Positions 40,546-51,652 of a stretch of 64,000 bases of DNA are shown here, piece after piece (position 1 is the first letter of the stretch; each line of letters opens with the position of its first letter). The notes under the pieces were generated by a model. That model made no database searches and was not told the DNA's origin. It saw only the letters and a list, made by a program, of their open reading frames with translations. The translations under genes and the position numbers were made by a program. The stretch is from Marsupella aquatica (taxonomy: Eukaryota > Plantae > Marchantiophyta): the NCBI GenBank assembly GCA_973895155.1, contig OZ316893.1, positions 25,223,520-25,287,519 on the forward strand, written 5' to 3'.

Positions 40546-42335
40546 CTATTTTGCACTACATTTTTGACAACTTCTATTCTTAACTATTTGATAAACATCC
40601 CAAAGCTCTTCCAAAAGTTCCATACAAGCCTCTTCTTCCTGGAATGTTGGCTTGAAAAACATTTTCAGCAACCGATCATATTTCCATCGATACATGGCTT
40701 TTCCTTCACAACCTCCGCTGACTAGCCCACTACGATGAATTCTTGGATTGTCTATGCATTCAGTTTGAGTACTAGTATTCATGCTGTAAATAGTCATAAC
40801 ACTATTATCACATGAACTGCAACTAGACTCTTCACCTGAAACACATTTAAATTAATAGTCCTGTTGAACTAAGACGTCATTCGCAACGACCATACAACCA
40901 TGACTCATTCCATGCACACGTAGTCGACACAATCTCTACGTGGTTCACCTCTTCTCCAAGGCTACGTCCACACGAACACTCAAGCTTTACTTCAAGAGTA
41001 GACGAACACACATGCTCTTCCTCTTCCTCAAGTTGCTCCGTTACAATGAGTTAGCACCACTCACCAGCGGCTTACACTAGCCCTGGTATATACAAGGTCA
41101 CACACGACTAACCTAACCTCAGCTAAGACCCTAACTGTGGTTAGCCTAAGTGCCGTAACCTTTGAGTCACAAGACTAAGAGCAATCCTTAACAAGTCCAA
41201 TCAAATTCACACTACTACTCAAAATGCAGTAATCTAGATTGTCTCACAAAGATATAATTGTCATAGTCACTATTCACTCAAGCAATTACTTTTTTTGTCA
41301 ACTAATCAGTCATGTACTTAAAAGGTAGTACAATATAGTGTGGTGAAATTTTTTTGTGTGCTGATCTCCACAAATTAAAGTAGCAAATAGTCTCACGCTT
41401 ATGATAGCATCCACATAACACTACATGTAGTTAAAACGTATATGTTCTATGTACATTTACGTTTTCCTGGAGATACTTCTATCTTAATACTTCCAGGAAA
41501 GCTAGAAGTAGCACCATCATCAAACAAAGAACGCTTAGGAATATCTCGTAATCCACCTGCATCTCGTTCGTTGTTCATTCGAGCAATGACTTTCCCTGCC
41601 TGGTTTGCTGTCAAATTGACCAAAATGTCCACAGGTACTTTGAATGAATGACGTAGCTGTCTCAACTGATCTATCGCTGCTCCTCTTGTATGACATTTCA
41701 GTAATTTCATGCTCTCTTTCCTTGTTAGTGTTTCATTATCAAATGAAACATGTTTGTAACGTAGACATTCTTTTACAATGCCTGCACACAAGTCCAGATG
41801 TACATAAGAATCACACAATATATAATCTAGTAAAAAGAATTTGCCATGTATATATAGCTAAACAATTTAGAAAGTAAGATTCATACCAGATGCCGGATAC
41901 TCTCCATGCATATCCAAAAACATTTGTTGCCATTCCTTTTTAGCATCAATGAGAAGACTCATGCCCTTCACACTTATACCACCTTCCCATCTCTGTTATC
42001 TCTATCCCCAATGAATCTGCATAGCTAATTTGTTTTGGTGTAGGCTCCTTCATTGGTTCCTCCCCTTTATCTTCTGTGTCTTCATCCTTGATATCAACAA
42101 GGATCATTCGTAAAAACTCTTCGACTGTCGGGGTTCCATGTTCTGTTGCCGTTGCTCTTACTTTCACTTCAGGTGACAATTCAGATGCCAAGTTGATTGG
42201 AGATTGTTGTGTACCATTTCCGTAATTGAAAACAACATTCTCAGTTGCTTTCAAGTTCTCTGTGTTGTGCAAATTCCTCTTCGGTGCCATTTCAAAAGAT
42301 CTGCACATGTCATTCCCCAACTTACTACATCTCAT
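40546..42335 (-). pseudogene. Fragmented ORF(s) of unknown function directly downstream of the Helitron helicase
   Basis: Co-oriented ORF pieces at 41946-42335, 41447-41818 and 40546-40797 with protein-like composition and Cys/His clusters (WYKCEGHESSH, CDSYVHLDLC, CQKC). The first overlaps the helicase stop by ATGA. No recognisable domain. Confidence 0.4.
40862..41193. mobile_element. Solo LTR (332 bp), related to the LTRs at 21.2-21.9 kb
   Basis: TGTTG...TAACA termini with perfect 5-bp TSD AGTCC (40857-40861 and 41194-41198). Shares gtcgacacaa, acgtggttcacctc and gagtcacaagacta motifs. Confidence 0.88.
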
Positions 42336-43613
42336 TCTCTGTAGACAGTAACATCCAAAGGAGATAACTTACCCATAATTTTTAAATTCTTCCTATTTGT
42401 AACACGACTCAACATCACATATGTTAGACCAGGAGCAAACGCTTCAGTTAGCACAACCAGAACTTTTCCAGTTAAAGTACTTCCTTGTGATTTATGTCCA
42501 ATCATCGAATATCCTAACATTAGTGGAAATGTTGACTTCTGGTAACTAATCATGTTCTTGATTCTTTTGTATTTAGTACAAGATCTCACAACTCTTACTA
42601 GTTTGCCGTTACTATGTAGTTTAACAATTATTGTAGACAAGTCATTCTCATCAAAAAGCAAATCATGTACTTCTCCACTACTACCGTTAGCAGCTTCATT
42701 TGAAATATCAATATTCTGAGCAGTCAATAAAACTCTACAACCAATAGCTATATGTGTTAGTTGATGAAACTTTGGGTCAGAGATCCATTGCTTTGACCAC
42801 TCTCGACAGGAGCATTTGTATGGACATTAACTTCTACTATATGATCTATAGGAAAAAAATTTAGTAAACACATTGTATTATATTTAGCCACTTTATCTCT
42901 ATGCGAACAAATAATTGTAGTATTCTCGTCAACAAATCTGTATCCTTCTTGTTCAGAGACAAAACATTGTTGCAGGCAGTCGTCTATTGCATGCTGACTA
43001 GGATTAGTTAGACGGATAGAATTTAAGAAAGCTAAGAATTGAGGGTCAGATGCTTGACGAATAACAGATGTCAAGTGATACCGCTGCATATGTTTGTATA
43101 ATGAATACGAAGATAAATGACACTGAGTACATATATACTCAGTTTCATGATTACACACAGGAGGCAATTGACACATATCTCCTACCAGAACAATTAGCTT
43201 CACTGTAAATGGATCATTTCCGCGATCGTTACCTTGAAGAACTTCATGCAATCGTGAAGCTATGCTTTTCATGATTTTTGGTGTAAGCATGCTACATTCA
43301 TCAATAACTATAACATGAGAAGAAGCCAAAGAATCAAAAATACTATTACTTCTATGCAACGGTAATAAAGCTCCTCTAATTGGTATTTTGAATGCATGAT
43401 GGACAATCGTTGCCGAAGCATCTAGTCTAATTGCATCAACTGCTGTAGTGGATGTTAAAAGCACGTTCTTCCCTTGTTGCTCCCAATAGCTCTTCATAAA
43501 ACCCATAAAAAAGGTTTTACCTGTTCCCGGGGAACCTGTAATCATATGTAGACCACTCTTTTGAGATTTCAGTTTCAAGAACACTTCTGACTGATCTAGC
43601 TTCAATGACAAAA
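42332..43613 (-). pseudogene. Helitron PIF1-family (SF1B) helicase domain, frameshifted
   Basis: Walker A ITGSPGTGKT, Walker B IVIDECSML, LVGDMCQLPPV, LTSVIRQASDPQFLAFLNSIR, FPLMLGYSMIGHKSQGSTL and GLTYVMLSRV. Frameshift near 42730-42790. Confidence 0.92.
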
Positions 43614-45265
43614 ACTTACATATTAGATAAAGAGTATAATACACTTAGAAGCGTTAAACCAGACCTAACAGAAGAGGAAATTTTCTGATTAATGATAAAG
43701 CATAATATATCATGCTCAGTCCCGGGTAGTCCAGGTTGGCACAGTCGTCATTTGAAGGACCTGATGTGCATGGTTCAGTACTGGGGTTTGCCTTCTTTTT
43801 TCCTCACTCTTACTTGTGATGAAGTGAGCCCTACTAGATGGGTAGAGATTGATGACCTAGAGAAAGTTGTAAAGTGTATCAATGCAACCTCAACATGGAA
43901 AGATTGTCCTGTAGAGTGTGCAATGATATTCCATACCCGTGTTCAAAGTTTTCTTAGAAAGTACATTCTCTGCGGTGAAAATGGTGTCTTAGGAAAAGTG
44001 GAACATTACATTGCCCGGTATGAATGCCAAGGTAGGAACTCTTTGCATGCACACATTCCGCTTTGGTGTACTTTAGATGATGTAGATAGGGTCAGTAGTG
44101 AGATCTGTGCATACATTCCAGCTCATTTTGATGATAGTCCTGGTAAGTTTACTGAACAGTTTGATAACCCGATGACTAAATTATTGTATGGATATGTCAC
44201 TTCAAAGCAACTGCATCGTTGCAAGGAAGGAGTGTGTATTCATACTGATAGCGATACCGGTTTATGATATTGTAAAATGAGTTTTCCGCATGAACCGCAC
44301 ATGGAGAAGAGTCCTTCTATTGACCCTCGAAGCGAAACATGGCGATATTTTCGTCCAGGAGTGGAACACAGAAATGTTGTTCCATATCATCCTGTCATTT
44401 TATCATTGTGGGGTGCCCATATGAACCTCCAAAGAGTGACAAATGAAGCATGGTCTTTCTACCTACTTAAATATGCTATCAAATGTGAACCAATGGGTTC
44501 ATTGAATATTAATCTTGAAAATGCTAAGTCTTTAGGATTAGATGCATTGAGTGATACCCAGTTAAAGTTGGTTTCCAGTGTTGTTCTGTCAAGACCTATT
44601 TCTTCTATAGAAGCAGCACTAACGTGTTTACAAATTTCTACTATACATAGATCGTCATCGGTCACTCTTGTGGATTCCTCTCCACCAGATAGACGTACTT
44701 CTCTATATCGAAAAGCTTCGGTAGTCTGTCTTCACCCTACCCAGGTATATGCTTTGAGACCTTTGAGGTTAGGAAACTTGTCATTCTATGAGTATTTTCG
44801 GAATTATGAAGTGTTGCCTGAGAAAAGTAGAGAAACAGATTTTGTGGATGTGGACTTTCAAGGGAACTATGTGTTCACTACTACTAAGTTGGTACGCTTT
44901 TCAGACTTTCACCCTGTGTACCATTCTAATCAGTTTTTTTATAATGTTCTTCTTAGACATGTACTTTTCGGTCTGAAGTTGAGCTATTGCTTAGGACAGA
45001 TTCTGATTGGACATATCTCCATGAATGTGTGTATCGGAAATTAATTAGTTGTGATAAGGATATAGAAAACCTGATATGTGATTACGCAGATAAACACCTA
45101 TACTCTTCTCTGTACAAAGCAGAGATGATTGTAAAAATTAAGAGTCGTATTCCACCCACATTGTGGGATGAATCATTTGCAGGTCCTTATGTAGCTTTGA
45201 ATAGATCTTTAAGACAGTCTGGAGTTCAGACAACTACCATTAGACCACAACACTTGTCTTTAAGT
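43614..45265 (+). pseudogene. Helitron Rep (HUH endonuclease) domain, inverted relative to the rest of RepHel
   Basis: PGSPGW; motif 1 GLPSFFLTLTC; motif 2 RYECQGRNSL-HAH-IPLW; RNVVPYHP..LSLWGAHMNLQ; motif 3 FYLLKYAIKCE. In-frame stops at ~43686 and ~44265, frameshift at ~44970. Confidence 0.92.
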
Positions 45266-46381
45266 GATTTTACTTTGACTTGTGAGCTGTATCGACTGTT
45301 GTAGTTGGTAACTAATAAGCATATATGGTTTGTACAACGTAAATGGACTAAACAATTGTTGAGTTCTTCTCTTAATATACTCAGCAAATGTTATACCACC
45401 GCGGTAATGACCATGTTGATAAGTGAATAAAAATGGAAACATTGTTGTCTCCAATGTCACATCCTGGTCTTCAGACACACCGTCCCCGTTAGTCACCATT
45501 GGCTCTCTTAGTAATAAAGCATTCTTACAGTGCAGGTTTCCAGACTCAAAAAGATCATACTTACGCTTCCTAGATACAGGTATTGAATATGACACATCAT
45601 GAAGTATTTGAATATCTGGATCATATAGATTGACTGTCATAGAATAAGTTGCAATCCCTTTTTCTCTTTGCTTTTCTAAGATATTCTGCACTGCATCAGG
45701 TGTTAGAATACAAACTCCAAGTGAAGGATCCGGCGTTTCAAGCAGATAGAAATATCTTTTAAATAGTTTGTTAACAAGCAAGTTAGTCGCAAACACCTCG
45801 TAAACCTGATTCATAATCATACCAATATTATTACACTGTAATGTATCCAGATTCCAACAAATAAGCGGACTATCTAGTAAGCTCTCGTTGCGTACAAAAC
45901 CTGAATGAAACCCATTAAACTTGTTTATTATCCCCAATCGACAATCTATTAAAGATAAGAGTTGTAGATACAAGGGTTTTGCTTTTAGAATAGACCGAAT
46001 ATATGAAGGTGACATGAAGGATAATAGACTTCCTCTATCTCTATCCTTTACACAAGCCATGCATATATTGCAATGCATGTTATCAACGTGTATGTAAGGT
46101 ATTAGAAATGCATTACAATATGCATACGGAGCTACTCCTGTACTATCTACACGCACAATTTCAAACAATTTTCGTTCTAAGTTATTTCCATAACATACAA
46201 ATCCACAATTCCCACAGACTTTCATGTTCTGAATGGTTTTCTGACATAGGCCCTTCCATTCTCTACATAAGATATCAACATTCAGCCAATGCCTTGCAGA
46301 CGGTCTAGTTGAATTCCTTTGCAGATTAAATGTTCGTTGTCGCGCAATTTCCCGACGTAGGTTTAATGAACGTAAAGACAT
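45266..46381 (-). pseudogene. Helitron RepHel N-terminal region (Cys-rich putative Zn-binding segment plus pre-Rep region)
   Basis: 373-aa ORF with VCGNCGFVC and CNICMAC motifs, plus LETTMFPFLFTYQHGHY...TFAEYIKRR, typical of the region preceding Helitron Rep. It joins in frame to the inverted Rep at the ACTTA junction. Confidence 0.8.
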
Positions 46382-49300
46382 AGCTTATAGAGAATATTTA
46401 CCTCTCACCAATCTGTCGCAAAAATGCAAAGCTCAGGAATGTTGATCGTAGCGTGCCAACAGCTCAAGATCTTGCACTAAACACGATAGATAAATCTGCA
46501 TTGTGACATGTAAAGTAACCCATATCAATGACAGACAAAAATGATCAAGTGACCCACAAAGCAAAGTAGTCCAGAACTTAACATAGAATCAAACATCGTC
46601 AATTGTGCATAAAAGTTAGACACTTACTTTGTCAAATGCATCAAACATAGACTGAAGTGGCCAACTTATACTCAGTCAGTCCACTTGAACTGTGCGAGCA
46701 TGCCTTGGATACCCGTTCGAACACCTAACACATCTTATCTACCTACATAATAGTAAATCTACTTACACAACAAATCCAACTAATTCATCCATATATGGCG
46801 GCGCTTTATAATTGTCTTTGTTGGGTATAATTGTCTGTGGTGGGTTGTTCAAAGACCAAAAAAAAAGCATTAGTTAAACATTACGCTTCGCTTATTTAAT
46901 GTTTTCACGCACCTTCACAATAAGGCTACTTGAAGGTGTTATGCATGTCTCATAAATACAAAGATAAAGGTACAATAACAAACTCATCAATAGACAAAGA
47001 ATCTATCAAAATATGGCGGCGTAACATAGCCGAGTTCATTGACACATATTGGACACAACCTAATTGTAATTTCACAAGCAATAATTATCACTTTGCGCGT
47101 GGCAAGTGGCATCAACCCCACACGCGTTACAATTCTCGCACGCCTTATCGGTCAAACACACATTACATTTTTTGTACAAGTAAAACCTGTCCATTGATTA
47201 CGGACTAAACCACGTTACACAGTGCTGACCATTGATAAAACACTATCAATGGTTCTAAATAAATTCTTGTCACATTTTTGCCTTATGTACTATCCAAGTT
47301 TATATTAGAATTTGGCACCATAAAACATGTATCATTTGTGCATAGAAACGATCAATATTCTTCATGCTAGTCACACGTGTGTTCTCAACCATCACACGAG
47401 TGACAACCCACGTTGCACGATCTACACCATCGATAAATAAAATCCAACGAACATGAATTGCCTGGTGATGTGTAATTTTCTTGTTATTTATAAATTTACA
47501 AGAGTCTCTAACTGGACCCGTAAATATCACCCCCCCAAAAAAAAGCCTTGAAAATTGCCCATGCTCCATTACTCCATCATTCATCGTAGCTCCCCCAAGA
47601 GGCGGAGAGATTCATACTTTGGCGCCGGTCACCCCACCGAAACTACCGGGTATCAACCGTAAAGTCCGGTAGAGAACAGGGCTGTCCTTTACATCCGCTA
47701 GAACGCAAAAGCGACCTTTGAGGTCCTCGGGGAAAGAAACCCTCCCTTTCTCTTTCCGCCATTCGCGTGTCTTTCGCTCCCCCCTCTTTCCAGTCCCTTC
47801 CCTTCTACGTTCGCCCTCGTCGTGGCCCAGTATAGCGTAGGGGCGCATTTGGTACTGTAGCCATTCTCCGTGACCGAGGAGCGAGAGGTTGCTCGCGGAT
47901 TGAATACGGCATTCGTTTGCGCCCACAATTGTCGATTGGATTCTCTCGAAGGAGGACGATTTTCCTAACAATCGTGCTGGGCATATCATTGATTCACTTC
48001 CTGTGCAGTTAGGTCTTCGTCCTTCTGCGGAGAAATTATAACTCGGCGGACGAAAAGGTCACCGCATTGTACTGCTGGTGCAGCGGAAGTGGTGTTCACT
48101 GTGAAGAGCGCTTTTTTCGTTTCTAGTCTCGTTTCGTGTGGTCTCGTTTCGTGTGGTCTCTCGTCGTGCCTGATCCGACGAGGGGAGTGAGCGAAGATAG
48201 TTTAGTTCAAGGATTTTCTTCATGCTTTTTGCTGACTGCAAAAGGCGGAGGAGCAGATTGGGGAGTGGCGAGGAGGACGCGGGAGGCCTAGTACTGCTGC
48301 ATGTCGTGGAGGAGGACGGAGGTAGGAAAGGGTCGTGGAATCGGAGTTGGCGCAGTGCAGCCGGGAGAACAGAGGGATGTTCGTAGAGTAGAGCAGAGGA
48401 GCTTGATGATCAGGTTGCTGCCTTGTGAAAGGCTGGTTCGGTTGTCGCCGGTTGCGCCACTGGGATTCGGGCACGAGGTCGGGCTTCCTCGGCTGTGTAG
48501 TGGCCGTTATTTTCAGGTCTGATATCCTCTGATCAGGTTTTCTCCGGTCCTCAGAAATTCTGCACACGATTAGAGCCACAGCACGAACTAGAAAAAGAGG
48601 AAATTCGATACTTGTGTGCCTCCCTGCCCGCCTGCCTACCTGGAGAGTTGCCGAGAGAGAATGTCCATCAGAATGTAGGTTTTGAGAATTGAGGGGTGCC
48701 TAGGCCATTCGTTCGAACCTAGTAAGCGGCTCTTGCGACGGAAGTTCTGTTTAGGCGAATACATTGTCGTCCCAATACAAAATCACGTAGGAGGAGAAAG
48801 AAAGCAAGAAAGAAAAACAGCCCATTGTTCTTTATCAAGTCTGTTTGAATATATTGCCACGAAACAGGAAATGTTTGAGCTTGTGCTATATTACACTAAG
48901 GAGCCTGGCAACAAAAAATTTGGTCATGAAGAGAATAATACTGGTCTGCAGTATTTCGTGTCCAAATTGTCATTCTTCTGAAGCTACAGAGGAACAGGGC
49001 GCTGTAGTCGTGGGACGTTGAATGCCGCGGACAAGACTAAAAACTTAGCGCTTTTCACAATGTTACTGTCGCAGGTCCGTTGCCGAGAAAATTGAGGTCC
49101 CATCTAACACTGCGTTTGGCTCCTTGACAGGTTTCAAAGCTTACACCACGACGACCTCTCACTCTCAGGTGAATCCTCTGCAGTGGGCCATCCTTTACTT
49201 TGGGCTTGAAGGGCATGATGAAGCAAGAGGTCTTGTTCTCCATCCTCTACTCGTCCATTGTAAAGAATCACCTGCTGAATTTATCTTTTTGCTACCTTGT

Positions 49301-49486
49301 TCTTGGATGGGATGGTCTGTTCGTGCTTGTATCTGTGTCTACTTCAAGTGAAACTCGTAAAGAGTCACATCCAGGTATTTTTGGAAGTTTCGAGGAAGAC
49401 GATTCCACCCGTGTACATTTGTAACTTTCACTTTTGACTTTACTGGATCCTGCCGGGGCCATGTTCAGGGGAGGAAAGGATCAGTA

Positions 49487-51652
49487 ATGTACAAGAGTCA
49501 GCTGCAAGAGTATGCCCAAAAGGCTGCTATCCCACCACCTGTATATGAATTTGTAAAGGAGGGTGCATCGCATGAGCCGCGCTTCAAAGCTGTCGTGATT
49601 CTCAATAATGTCACTTACGAATCACCTCCTGGCTTTCCAAATCTGAAGTCTGCTGAACATGCCGCGGCGAAGGCAGCCCTCGATGGGCTTCTCCAATCGA
49701 ATAATCGAACCGGGGTCACGCCTAGTCCTGTGGTATAGTCACTTCTCTCTGATTACTGTTCTCAATATGAAGATAGAAAGGCAAACTCTGAAATAATGCT
49801 GAAATTGTTAGATCATGATTCTGATCTCGTTATCCTCTAGCTTTCCTCGGGATCTGAGTTTTCCTTGGCCCTACCACGTCCACAAGTGAGGAGCTTCTTG
49901 TAGCATGTATTGCAGTCCGTCTTCTATAAACATAAGTCTTCCAAATGAGTCAGAGCGAATTATCCATCACATCGCTTCTAGTGTAGGCTCCAATAGTCCT
50001 TAGAGATAGAAACCATTTGACATCTTCTGTGTAGATGGATACTAATTTGTTACATCCTGCTAGTACTGCGCTTGTGCTTCCCTTGGTGGGTCAATTCACT
50101 CGATAACGTGTATTGACAGGCGTTACTTAGAAGAAAAGGCTCAATTAGCTAAGAAGACAATCTGCTCATTTAGCTAAGAAGACAATCATTTCTTCTTTTG
50201 GTTCGGCAACACTAGGATGCTTATGGTCTAAGGTAGCTTAAGGTAGTCTTTCAGTGTCCGGCCCCAGCAATGAAAACTTTGGCTATAGGAAGTGAGCTCG
50301 ACTTGCCCGATTCAATACAACTCTCGCTCTTTATCGATCGAATTTTACTAGGGCTTTGAATGTGATGACGAATTAATTCTGATGAAGTTTTACCTTTAGG
50401 ATGGGACAAGCGACTGCTTTGTGTGTGGAATGAGACAAACATTCTATACTTATGATAACAACCAGAGCTGGTGGTCATCTTTCATGATATCTCTATTCAG
50501 CTGAACTTGTCTGTGCTCACAATTTGGTCTGGTCATTGGTGCTTATGTTTCACAGCATGAATCAGGGTTATGCAAGAATCTGCTTCAGGAATATGCGCAA
50601 AAGAATAGCCTGCCGTTGCCTGTCTATCAGTCACAGAGATCTGGGGAGGACCATGCTCCAACCTTTACTTCAAGTGTGGAAATAGCTGGGGTGAAGTACA
50701 GTGGGGGTTCCGCTAAAAATAAGAAAGAGGCAGAGATCAAGGCTGCTAGGACAGCATTGCTTGCCATCCAATCAGCACAAGCTTGTAAGTCCTTGTGCAC
50801 AATCTTTTGGATCACTTTCCACGTTTGCAAAGCACGGTTCAGCTTGGCTGAGCTCAGTAATCTTGTGATTGGTGGTGGATCTATTAAGCTTAAAACCTGT
50901 TATTTTCATAATTATCAGTACAGCGTGATCTTGACAAATGCTTTGCTGTTTTTTTCCCATTTCTTCTCCAAAAATCAGCCGCGCCGGTAGTTGCCCCGGA
51001 ACCCCCCATCAGCGTTGCTCCACAAGCACAAGTTGGTTTGGCAACATATATCTCGACAAATCTCAACAATACCCCTGGAAAGAAGAGAGGTCGCGGAGCT
51101 ACAAACGCAACTGCGGATGAGCCAGCCGCTGGCAGACTTAAGACTGGTCCTCAAGTATCTCAAGTGCAGCCGGAGGTTCCTGCCAAGGCCAATCCCGTTA
51201 CTCCTGTGATGAAGGCCATTCCTCCAGCAGAAACCCTAGACAGGACTGAATCAGCCGTGAATTCGACAACCCCCATTGTTCCTGAGGTACAAAAGGAACC
51301 AATTACCACCCCAGTAAAATTATCTTCTGTAGATATTGCTGACCTCTTTGCCACACCAGGAGCTAAAAAGATTCTCCAAAGTTCAGCTCCAAAACCCCAA
51401 CAAACAGAGAATTTGTACTTGTCGCAGGGAACCTCTCTTCTTTCGCCTGGACAAGCCACTACAAGTTCCTTGCTCTCAGAACCTACCAGAGCAAGCACTA
51501 TCATGGATATTCAAGGACAGAGCGACGCAGTGCACAATATTATAGCTGAAGACGTACAAAGAGAGCTCGTCAATGCGTCAGCGGAAATGAAAGAGGACCA
51601 AGCATTTCTGCAGGCAGCCCAATCATCCGGCCTTATAAGCTTGACGGGGTAA
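49487..51652 (+). CDS. HYL1: dsRNA-binding protein, HYL1/DRB1-like (~382 aa; two dsRBDs plus disordered C-terminus)
   Basis: Exons 49487-49732 (YKSQLQEYAQK...KEGASHEPRFKA..GFPNLKSAEHAAAKAAL), 50556-50784 (HESGLCKNLLQEYAQK...AKNKKEAEIKAARTAL) and 50979-51652 (KKRGR NLS-like, P/T/S-rich). Intron phases are consistent. HESGLCKNLLQEYAQK matches the DRB1/HYL1 dsRBD2 signature as I recall it. Confidence 0.88.

Larger units (their letters stand above)
42332..46381 (-). mobile_element. Decayed autonomous-type Helitron (RepHel); true termini not identified and element probably extends beyond these coordinates
   Basis: N-terminal Zn region, HUH Rep and PIF1 helicase fall in canonical order once 43614-45265 is re-inverted. 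Confidence 0.88.

Noticed and set aside
37700-41100. Several actag sites as the - strand Helitron 3' terminus
   Set aside because: None is accompanied by a convincing GC-rich subterminal hairpin, so the element end is left undefined.
43642-45266. Alternative inversion breakpoint using cactta (43642-43647) / taagtg
   Set aside because: Joining there gives an immediate stop (ACT TAG) and drops the in-frame YILDKEYNT segment. The ACTTA at 43614-43618 gives a continuous frame.
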